Below, in pieces: positions 1 through 7,756 of a DNA stretch of 64,000 nucleotides. Under the pieces are notes generated by a model, which ran no database searches, was not told the DNA's origin, and saw only the letters and a program-made list of their open reading frames with translations. Position 1 is the stretch's first letter, and every line of letters starts with the position of its first letter. This DNA comes from Pedobacter sp. (GTDB taxonomy: Bacteria > Desulfobacterota > Desulfuromonadia > Desulfuromonadales > Syntrophotaleaceae), in NCBI GenBank assembly GCA_050253415.1, contig JBFWJC010000001.1, positions 1,416,679 to 1,480,678 of the forward strand. The letters run 5' to 3'. The position numbers were made by a program, and so were the translations under genes.

Positions 1-57
1 ATAAGGGTGGTTCAAACGAGCCAGTTCTACCCCTGCTCCCCTCCAATCATCAAAAAC

Positions 58-91
58 GAAAAGCCCTTCACATTGATTTGAAGGGCTTTTC
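58..91. terminator. Bidirectional intrinsic terminator-like hairpin
   Basis: GAAAAGCCCTTCA-N8-TGAAGGGCTTTTC, a perfect 13-bp inverted repeat with A/T tails. Confidence 0.7.
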
Positions 92-273
92 TCATATCGT
101 AGGAATCAGGCGATTCCTAACAGCTATGCAATACAAAAAAGCATTTCCTTCGTTTACGAGAAAAGTTATTTGTTATTAGCCTACTTATCATGCGTATGAA
201 TTAATTTGATAATGCTATAATCCACGAGGACTCAACTTATCTTCAAATAAGATCAAAGGAATAGTGCGAAAAT

Positions 274-1077
274 ATGAAAGATTCCGTTGAGAGGCTATTA
301 AGTCACCGACATGCGTTTTTCTCCAAAGAAGGCGAGGACGGGGTGTTGGCGTACATTTTGTCGCGAATGCCAGATAGGACCGGCTGGTGTGTGGAATTCG
401 GGGCGTGGGACGGCATATCTGAAAGCAATACACACTACCTCGTATCGCAACAGGCCTACCGCGGCGTGATGATTGAAGCGGACCCTCTCAAATATAATCG
501 TTTGTGCGAAAACATGAGACGATACGGCACTATTTGCATAAACGCTTTCGTACGCCCCGAAGGAGAAAACAGGCTCGACAACATTTTGAGTCATACCACC
601 ATTCCCGAGCAGTTCGATCTGCTGTCCATCGATGTCGACGGCGAAGACTACCATGTCTGGAGATCTTTGGAGAATTACCAGCCCAAAGTCGTCATAATAG
701 AAATCAACATACACGACAAACCCGGGGTGAAACGCATACACAAACCAGGCTCCCCAATATTCCAAGGCAATGCCGGTGCACGCAATCTATCCACGATAGG
801 CATCTATGGTTACAGCGGTACAAGTATCACTTCCATGACTGAACTCGCCACTCGGAAAGGATACAGCCTGCTAGCAAATGTTCACTGCAACGCAATATAT
901 GTCAAAAGCGAATATCTGGACTTATTTCACGACAGGGAAGTTGCGCCTGAAGAGGTGTTCACCTACGAGAATTACGGCATATTAGAATTATCCATAGGCG
1001 AAATGAAACATCTTGGGTGGAAAAGAGTTGTTGCGAAGAATCATTTTTTCCAAAGGGCACTATGTCTCGCAAAGTGA
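274..1077 (+). CDS. FkbM/Methyltransf_21-like SAM-dependent methyltransferase
   Basis: 267 aa ORF with motifs GEDG, VEFGAWDG..SNT, MIEAD, LLSIDVDGEDY..W, PKVVIIE. Confidence 0.75.
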   Translation: MKDSVERLLSHRHAFFSKEGEDGVLAYILSRMPDRTGWCVEFGAWDGISESNTHYLVSQQAYRGVMIEADPLKYNRLCENMRRYGTICINAFVRPEGENRLDNILSHTTIPEQFDLLSIDVDGEDYHVWRSLENYQPKVVIIEINIHDKPGVKRIHKPGSPIFQGNAGARNLSTIGIYGYSGTSITSMTELATRKGYSLLANVHCNAIYVKSEYLDLFHDREVAPEEVFTYENYGILELSIGEMKHLGWKRVVAKNHFFQRALCLAK

Positions 1078-1195
1078 AATTCAGGAAGCGAGGGGGGGGG
1101 TGGGCACATGACCTTCCTGTCGTGGTTTCGTAGTTCAATCAAATGAAAAACGATACACAATAATATTAATTAAAAATAAGGTTCCATTAGATGTC

Positions 1196-1223
1196 TTGCA
1201 TGGTTTTGGTGCAGTGATAGAAT
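1196..1223 (+). promoter_or_regulatory. Putative sigma70 promoter of the hxs operon
   Basis: TTGCAT-N16-TAGAAT with extended -10 TG, and an AT-rich tract upstream. Confidence 0.5.
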
Positions 1224-1256
1224 GACACGTCGACTAAACACGAAAGGGGGGGAGGA

Positions 1257-1607
1257 ATGGAAACTATATCTAATTTTATCAACATCACGGACTCCGGTTG
1301 TGCAAACATCACCATAGACAGCTCGTTATATGAACTAGAGGCTATCAACGCAGCGAGCTATGCTTTCACTGACAACTATCATGTTCTGGCGAAACGCGTG
1401 GATGACGCGATCGTCACCGTCATCTTCGAGTTGAAAGACAACGCTTCGCAGAGGAACATCCCTCAGGACATCAAGTCTTTTGTAAATGCGGTCATCGACC
1501 ACCAAGTTAGGCTCCAGCTCGACCGGACAAACGGAAAAATTCGGGATCTGATTGTCGCACACGCCTTTTCTCCTCTTGATCTCCATGAGGAAACCAAATG
1601 TCTTTAG
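1257..1607 (+). CDS. hxsD: His-Xaa-Ser system protein HxsD
   Basis: 116 aa. C-terminal FVNAVIDHQVRLQLDRTNGKIRDLIVAHAF resembles the HxsD signature. Overlaps the start of hxsB. Confidence 0.8.
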   Translation: METISNFINITDSGCANITIDSSLYELEAINAASYAFTDNYHVLAKRVDDAIVTVIFELKDNASQRNIPQDIKSFVNAVIDHQVRLQLDRTNGKIRDLIVAHAFSPLDLHEETKCL

Positions 1608-3067
1608 ATGACAAAACCCAGAGGATACTGCCGTTTCAGTTCTCTCGATTTGATCGTGACGACTATCTGCTCGTCAACGAGAGCGGAGAATACATCTTTC
1701 TCGATAGTGTCGAATTTCGCAAGCTCGTCCAAGGCGAGATAACTCCTGACTCTCCATCCTATTTCGACTTGAAAAGCAGGCACTTCCTCAACACGGAACA
1801 TCTGGCGGAAACACTTGAGCTGGTTTCCGCGAAATACAGGAGTCGTAAGCGGTTTATCTCTAACTTCACTTCGCTGCACATGATGGTCATTACCCTAAAG
1901 TGTTGCAACGATTGCACTTACTGCCAGGTTACCGCCGAGGGCGACGACGCCCAGGGCTTCGACATGTCTCCGGAAGTAGCCCGCCGCGTTATAGACTACA
2001 TCTTCAAGTCCCCAGCGAAGGTGATAAAGATAGAATTTCAGGGAGGAGAACCTACGCTTAACTGGGAAACACTCAGGGAGTCAGTCCTCTATGCTAAAGA
2101 GGTCAACCAGAAGCACAATAAGCATCTTGACTTCGTCGTATGCACAAATCTCGTCAAGGTTGGAGAAGACCATCTCAGGTTCTTCAAAGAGCATGGAATC
2201 TCCATTTCAACCTCCTTGGACGGACCTAAAGATCTCCATGACAAGAACCGGGTTCTGCGAAGCGGAGACGGCACCTACGACGTTGTCACAAAGAACATGT
2301 ATAAGGCTTTCGACATCCTGCTCCGCGGCAACGTGAATGCCCTCATGACCACCACCGTGGACAATATCGACCATCTGCGGGAGGTCATCGACGAGTATGT
2401 GAAGCTTGGGCTAAACGGGGTGTTCATCAGGTCGCTCAATCCGTACGGCCTGGCCGTAACTAACGTAGAAAATCTCGGTTATCCGGTGGAGCGTTTTGTC
2501 GAAAACTTCGAAAAAACACTCGATTATATCATCCAACTAAACCTCACCGGCACAAGGTTTGTAGAGTTCTACACGTGCATCCTGCTAACCCGAATCCTAA
2601 CGCCTTTTTCAACAGGCTTCGTGGATCTCCAGTCGCCATCGGGCGCAGGAATCTCGGGAGCGATATACGACCACAACGGCGATGTTTATCCTGCCGACGA
2701 AGCGCGCATGTTGGCCAGGATGGGCGACCGTCGCTTCTGCCTAGGGAATGTCTTCACAGACTCCTACGAGAGCATTTTCGGCGGAGAGCTTCTTCGGGAG
2801 ATTGTCGGTAAGTCATGCGTCGAAGTTATGCCTTACTGTGGATACTGCGTGTATCGATCATACTGCGGCTCCGACCCGGTTCGCAATTACCGCGAGACGG
2901 GCGACCTCATGGGGCATCGGCCAGACAACGATTTCTGCAGAAAGAACAAGCTCATCTTCGATTTGTTGTTCAAAAAGCTCAAACGCAACGACCCCGACGA
3001 GATGGACGTTTTTTGGTCTTGGATTACTTGTCGCAGCTTGAAAGATGTGCGGGGTGAATTCGAATGA
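1598..3067 (+). CDS. hxsB: His-Xaa-Ser system radical SAM/SPASM maturase HxsB
   Basis: CxxxCxxC (CCNDCTYC), IKIEFQGGEP, STSLDGP, GFVDLQSPSGAG, C-terminal Cys cluster CGYCVYRSYCG..FC; N-terminal LPFQF; paired with a second rSAM gene. Confidence 0.9.
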   Translation: MSLDDKTQRILPFQFSRFDRDDYLLVNESGEYIFLDSVEFRKLVQGEITPDSPSYFDLKSRHFLNTEHLAETLELVSAKYRSRKRFISNFTSLHMMVITLKCCNDCTYCQVTAEGDDAQGFDMSPEVARRVIDYIFKSPAKVIKIEFQGGEPTLNWETLRESVLYAKEVNQKHNKHLDFVVCTNLVKVGEDHLRFFKEHGISISTSLDGPKDLHDKNRVLRSGDGTYDVVTKNMYKAFDILLRGNVNALMTTTVDNIDHLREVIDEYVKLGLNGVFIRSLNPYGLAVTNVENLGYPVERFVENFEKTLDYIIQLNLTGTRFVEFYTCILLTRILTPFSTGFVDLQSPSGAGISGAIYDHNGDVYPADEARMLARMGDRRFCLGNVFTDSYESIFGGELLREIVGKSCVEVMPYCGYCVYRSYCGSDPVRNYRETGDLMGHRPDNDFCRKNKLIFDLLFKKLKRNDPDEMDVFWSWITCRSLKDVRGEFE

Positions 3068-4194
3068 GGCAATTCAAAGGGATAGCGAGAAACATGAAGG
3101 GGCAGGTATTTGGCATGGTGACGCGCAACCCTTTTTCACTGTCCAGGGCGAACCGAGTGCTTGTCACGGACGAACCCTCGTTATTGGCAACGGGCTTTGC
3201 TGGCCTAATAACGAAGGATCATGGCTGTGGTGTGTCACGGCCCCAGATCAAGGTTCACGACGACACCTTGGGCAGGTTCAAAGAGGGGGACTGCGTCTTA
3301 ATGGAGGGGGACGGGACCATTTCGGTCCTTTGGGAAACGAGTTCGCCGATGAACTCGCTTTTTCTCACCGAGGCTTGCGACTGCCGCTGCATTATGTGCC
3401 CACAGCCACCAAAAGAGCATGATAGGGGCTTGGTGGAAATAAGCAAGCACACTCTTTCTCTTGTCGACATCAGAAAAGATCAGGTTCTTTGCTTGACGGG
3501 CGGGGAGCCTACCCTTCTAAAGGAAGAGTTTTTCGAGGTTTTGAGGTTGATTAGCAAAAAACATCCGAAAGCAAGTACCATGATGCTTACTAACGGCAAA
3601 TCTTTTGCGGAATTCGGGTTCACCAAACGCTTTGTTTCAGAGCGACCGAAGGATTTTCTTACCTGCATTTCGATGCATGGCGACGTAGACGAACTCCACG
3701 ACCAGATCGTGGGCGTGAAGGGCAGTTTCTACAAAACGGCGATGGGGCTGCAGAACCTTGCTCGCTTCCGCGAGAAAATTGAAATACGGGTGGTGGTGAA
3801 TCGACTCAACGCCCATCGTCTCGAATCAATTGCGACCTTCATCCAGCGAAACTTTCCGTTCATCTACCATTGTACCTTCATGGCTATGGAGATCACCGGT
3901 CTGGCCAGCGACAATTACGAAACCGTATGGATCGATCCCCACGAATACCGTGATCAACTCTCTCGGGCGGTAAGCGTGCTGAACCGGGCCGACATTTATG
4001 TCTCCATTTATAACCTTCCCTTGTGTCTGGTCGAATCTAGATCCTGGAATTTTGCTAGGAAGTCCATATCTGGATGGAAGAACGACTATCTTCCGGTATG
4101 TGAGAGTTGTCTCGCCAGAGAAGATTGCTGCGGGGTTTTCACGACCTCGGGATTGCATCAAAGCCCACATATCTGTCCACCGGTGAATGTTTGA
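3064..4194 (+). CDS. hxsC: His-Xaa-Ser system radical SAM maturase HxsC
   Basis: NSLFLTEACDCRCIMCPQPP, TGGEPTL, LTNG, ARKSISGWKNDY..CESC....CCG; ATGA overlap with hxsB. Confidence 0.9.
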   Translation: MRQFKGIARNMKGQVFGMVTRNPFSLSRANRVLVTDEPSLLATGFAGLITKDHGCGVSRPQIKVHDDTLGRFKEGDCVLMEGDGTISVLWETSSPMNSLFLTEACDCRCIMCPQPPKEHDRGLVEISKHTLSLVDIRKDQVLCLTGGEPTLLKEEFFEVLRLISKKHPKASTMMLTNGKSFAEFGFTKRFVSERPKDFLTCISMHGDVDELHDQIVGVKGSFYKTAMGLQNLARFREKIEIRVVVNRLNAHRLESIATFIQRNFPFIYHCTFMAMEITGLASDNYETVWIDPHEYRDQLSRAVSVLNRADIYVSIYNLPLCLVESRSWNFARKSISGWKNDYLPVCESCLAREDCCGVFTTSGLHQSPHICPPVNV

Positions 4195-4290
4195 ATTCAT
4201 AATCTTGAAGCGAGTTTGTCTTTTGGAACTCAGGATGTACCATTTTGAGGGAAAAACTATCTCTTGCTTCAGGGGAAAGGAGGATATTCC

Positions 4291-4515
4291 ATGAAGAAAC
4301 TATTTGGGAAGATGAGCCTTATTGTCGCAGCAGCAGTTGCTCTTTTCGGCATTTCGGCGAGCAACTTGCAGGCGTCTATATCGAACATCGACGACAAGAC
4401 GCCGCTTTATCTGGAGCACGGAAAGCAAATAACCGCGGGCATTGATTTCGCCCACGGGAGTCACGTTTCGCATGGCTCGCACGAATCGCACCATTCGCAC
4501 TACTCTAGCCGATAA
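4291..4515 (+). CDS. hxsA: His-Xaa-Ser repeat precursor peptide (HxsA-type), 74 aa
   Basis: Strong SD (AAGGAGG) before ATG at 4291; hydrophobic N-terminus; C-terminal HGS-HVS-HGS-HES-HHS-HYS-SR; lies directly after the two rSAM genes. Confidence 0.88.
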   Translation: MKKLFGKMSLIVAAAVALFGISASNLQASISNIDDKTPLYLEHGKQITAGIDFAHGSHVSHGSHESHHSHYSSR

Positions 4516-4551
4516 TCGCTAGGCTTTAGCACAGACACCGCTCCGGACAGA

Positions 4552-4598
4552 TACCTCCCTTAACCCTCGGCTTTTGGCTTTGGGTTAAGGGGGGAGTA
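4552..4598 (+). terminator. Stem-loop downstream of the precursor gene
   Basis: CCCTTAACCC-N15-GGGTTAAGGG inverted repeat; U-tract is weak. Confidence 0.45.
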
Positions 4599-4827
4599 CA
4601 TTTGTTCATGCAAAAGATTCAAAGTAGATTGTCAGGATCAGAAGAAAAAGCAGACTCCGAACCATCGTCAGATATGAAACTCCTCTGCTTGAAATCATTT
4701 ATTTTTCCACTGTCTAGCTTTATCGTAACTGACCAAGTTTTATAAAGCTTGCACGGCCTAAATCCGACAAAGCTAATTTACCTGCATAAAAACAGGATTG
4801 TTTTCTTTTTTATACGATTACCAGAAC

Positions 4828-4870
4828 ATAAAACGGCCCAACCTGTTTCTCATTGGTTGGGCTGTCTTAT
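4828..4870 (-). terminator. Terminator-like hairpin near the element end (may block read-in from comEC)
   Basis: Imperfect 16-bp inverted repeat ATAAAACGGCCCAACC / GGTTGGGCTGTCTTAT; T-rich tail on the minus strand. Confidence 0.45.
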
Positions 4871-5026
4871 ATTTTGTCTCAAATTGGTTACGGTGGGTGT
4901 CAAGGGGTTATCAGATTATTTAAGATTTATCAGACATTGGAACCTAGGCCGGATGATCTGGTTTCCGACCAGAAGAGAGGACCTTGCATGTGGACGTGCG
5001 CTATTTAGACCGGCTTAATAGGTAAT

Positions 5027-5160
5027 GGGTTAATAACATTTTTCTCCGAGAGTTGTCAGTGCTATCCAAGCGGGTAAATAACTTTTTACCTTTTTAACAA
5101 GTTCGGTAATGGTTCTAAGTAGTCGAAATTACATGAGGTCCAGTAAACGACAATTTTTGC
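5027..5160. repeat. Three spaced direct repeats (putative transposase-binding sites)
   Basis: gggttaataacatttttctc (5027-5046), gggtaaataactttttacct (5072-5091), cagtaaacgacaatttttgc (5141-5160); shared core GTWAAYRACWWTTT. Confidence 0.6.
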
Positions 5161-6327
5161 AAAAATCACCAGGGAAAGTTGAGCGATTCTGTGGCACACA
5201 CCGGGCATGGCCGGCAAATGGTTGCTCCAGCGCGGCAGAAAGACAAGGATGCCGAACACTCCGGCGAAAGAAAGTTGAAACGATGGCGTGAACAGACTCA
5301 TGGGGGTTGCCACAAGGATGGCGAGGGCAATGGCCAGGGCCGCATGCAAGGGATTGCAACAGCGACGCACCCAAAGCAGGCCCGCCACTACGGCGGCGGC
5401 TAACCAGGCGCGTATGGCCGGCAGGGCTTGACCGGTCAATTGCAGGTAACACCATAGTGCCGGTAGCAGCAAAACAGGCAACAAACGGCGCGGTGGTAGC
5501 GCCAGCAGGAGTTTTTCACTGTGGCGCATGATGGCCAGTAGCGCCAGATATCCGACTGCGGCAACCAGCCCAAGGTGAAATCCGGAAATCGAAAACAGGT
5601 GGGACAGCCCCATGCCGGCAAGACGCGCACGTTGAGTTTTGTTCAACATATCTTTGTCGCCAATGATCAGGGCGCGCACCAATGCTTCCTGGTCTTTGTC
5701 CGGTACAGAGTATGCGATGAGCTTTCCTATGCGTGTACGCAGCCCGGTCAGAGGGGAAGGGCTGGTGTTCTGCAGTAGCGCGATGCCGGTGTCGTCCGGC
5801 AAAAACCCGGTAAATTGCAGGCCGCTGGCAGCCAGGTGTCGTGGATAGTCGAATTCACCGGGGGTGCCGAACCGTCGTGGAATGTGCAAGCGGGTGCGCA
5901 CCGCCAGTTCTTCGCCGCGGATAAAACTGCGCTCCGATTTTTCTATCTGCAAGCGCATGCCGCCTGACGCAGTAACAGGATGGCGATTCTGCAAAACATG
6001 GTGAATCCAAAGATCCAGTTGTTTGCTTCCATCGGGCCGGGATCGGGTCCGCAAAACACGGACATAGAGCGTATGCGGCGTTTTTTCGGAAAGGGATTGT
6101 AAAACGACTGTTTCGGGTGGCGGGCTGCTCTGGAGGTGGTAGTTGGAATAGCCGAAAGCCAGCATCAGAAAACAGAGCAAACAGGCTGCTCCTATGGCGT
6201 TCCGCAATGGCAACCATGCGATCGCCAGCACAACCGGCAACAGCAGGTGCCATGCCGGCGGCGGGATCGCCAGAGCCAACAGTAATCCCGTTGCATACGC
6301 CGCTGTCAGGGTGGGCAGATTAATCAT
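5086..6327 (-). pseudogene. comEC: ComEC/Rec2 competence protein, truncated by insertion (5' part only)
   Basis: PGEFDY, ALIIGDK, GLSHLFSISGFHLG and SFQLSF motifs present. The ORF ends at 413 aa with a non-homologous tail encoded by AT-rich DNA. The remaining TM segments and the metallo-beta-lactamase domain are missing. Confidence 0.85.
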
Positions 6328-6420
6328 GTCGGGGGAAAGCCTCTCGCTTGTGCAGTGCGGGTGGCAGGTATTGGTCAGTAAGGGGAACCTGGCGATCTGT
6401 CCATAGGACGCAGAGCGAGA

Positions 6421-6603
6421 TTAGCAACCATTTATTTTCTGTGCAAGTTTTTTCAACGCCGCCCAGGTACTGCGATGTTGCTGGTCAGGGGAGCGTTGGC
6501 AGAAATCCACGGTTTTGCGATGCCTTTCGCGGTTAGCTGGCGCGGGCGTCGGCGGGAAAAATCCGGCGTAAAGAAATCCGATCAGCAACAGTAATTCGAA
6601 CAT
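6421..6603 (-). CDS. Small hypothetical membrane-anchored protein (60 aa)
   Basis: GAGGTG SD before ATG at 6603; hydrophobic N-terminus MFELLLLIGFLYAGFF. Confidence 0.45.
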   Translation of the reverse strand: MFELLLLIGFLYAGFFPPTPAPANRERHRKTVDFCQRSPDQQHRSTWAALKKLAQKINGC

Positions 6604-6695
6604 GGGGCACCTCTCTTTTTTTGGTGTTCCCAGTTTGCGGTATCGGTGTGACATAATATGTCGCAAGTATGCAAGGCGCCACTTTCCACAAATAC

Positions 6696-6724
6696 AAAAA
6701 AGGGCACCGGTTATCCCGGTGCCC
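6696..6724 (-). terminator. Intrinsic terminator after the HDOD gene
   Basis: GGGCACCGG/CCGGTGCCC stem with a T-run on the minus strand. Confidence 0.7.
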
Positions 6725-6764
6725 CTGATGAAATAGTGCTTGAAAGTGACGGTCCTCGTTTGAA

Positions 6765-7670
6765 TCAGCCGTTGCCCATGAACGATTCGCAGGCTTGCGC
6801 GAAAGCTTCGGGAATATCCTGCAGGATATCGTCGATATGGTCCTCTTCCAGTTCAAGAGTCGCGGCACAGGGATTATCGTCAATATTGATGTCTGCCTGG
6901 GGAACCCTCTGGCCGAAGCCAAGTCGCATGCAGAAAGTACCTCCAAGATTGACCAGAGCGGCGAGGGTGCTGGCCCGTTGTCCGACCTTTTCGGAGGGAG
7001 GCGGTTCGTTATGGTATAGCGTGCTGGCCACCAGGTGGGGAGCAAGGTTCCATTGGTGCAACATGGCGGCTCCGATGGCGGCATGGCTGTAAGGAAAATA
7101 CTTGTGTTCAAGTACGGCGAGTTCTCCTTCACCGTTGTAAGCTCCCTGAACCAGTTGCGAATATTTTTCGCTGTCAAGATTGTTCATGGCGATTTTGCCG
7201 ATATGTCGCAGCAGCCCGCCAAGGAAAGCTTCCTCCGGATCGAAACAGCGGGTTTTCCTGGCGATTTCCCGGGAACAGAGGGCACAACCGATGGCGTCTT
7301 CCAATAGGAGTTTCTCGATCAGGCCGAATCGTTTGTTCATGCTCTTGACGCCAGCAGCCAATACCAGGCTTTTAATGGTGGCCAGTCCCAGCATCGAGAC
7401 TGCGCCTTCCAGGTTGCTGATCTGGCGCTGGAAACTGTAGTAGGAACTGTTGGCTACCTTTAACACGCTGGCAGCGACCACGGGGTCCCTGGCGATGACC
7501 TCGGAAATGCTTCTGGCGCTCCAGTCGGGATCTTCTGTGGCGATGAGAAAGTCGCAGACAATGTCGGTCATGGACGGAAGATCCTGAGCGGCCGCCAGTG
7601 CGCAGGCCAGTTCCGGATCGGATTCAGCCCATGCGGTGAATGATTCGGTGGTCAGTTGCGTGGAACTCAT
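6765..7670 (-). CDS. HDOD domain signal transduction protein
   Basis: LPSM, IARDPVVAASVLKVANSSYY, AVSMLG, AFLGGLLRHIGK, HAAIGAAMLHQWNL. Confidence 0.85.
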   Translation of the reverse strand: MSSTQLTTESFTAWAESDPELACALAAAQDLPSMTDIVCDFLIATEDPDWSARSISEVIARDPVVAASVLKVANSSYYSFQRQISNLEGAVSMLGLATIKSLVLAAGVKSMNKRFGLIEKLLLEDAIGCALCSREIARKTRCFDPEEAFLGGLLRHIGKIAMNNLDSEKYSQLVQGAYNGEGELAVLEHKYFPYSHAAIGAAMLHQWNLAPHLVASTLYHNEPPPSEKVGQRASTLAALVNLGGTFCMRLGFGQRVPQADINIDDNPCAATLELEEDHIDDILQDIPEAFAQACESFMGNG

Positions 7671-7756
7671 GGTTTATTCCTTCATGGATATCATCGGTTG
7701 AAAGTTTCGACAGGGCCAGATTAACGGTCCCTGTACTATCCGTCAACGGTTTTCAG

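Larger units (their letters stand above)
1..5168. mobile_element. One end of a genomic island / Tn7-like transposon inserted in comEC (other end lies outside the window)
   Basis: Visibly more AT-rich than downstream DNA. The comEC reading frame diverges at ~5166-5168. The terminus reads TGATTTTT inward and is followed by three spaced ~18-20 bp repeats (5027-5046, 5072-5091, 5141-5160). No transposase is present in the window. Confidence 0.7.

Noticed and set aside
1..46. Possible tRNA 3' end / att site (GGTTC...CTCCCCTCCA followed by a terminator)
   Set aside because: The T-arm does not pair properly and the segment is cut by the window edge, so a tRNA call cannot be supported without upstream sequence.
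4264..4290. ORF-track TTG start for the precursor peptide
   Set aside because: The strong SD lies inside this extension and points to ATG 4291.
4749..5018. 89-aa ORF near the element end
   Set aside because: TTG start, no SD, no motifs, and it overlaps a hairpin and putative binding sites; likely non-coding.
5144..5152. TGTCGTTT (minus strand) resembling the start of a Tn402/Tn5053 inverted repeat
   Set aside because: Similarity ends after 8 bp, and it falls inside repeat 1 of the better-supported end at 5168.
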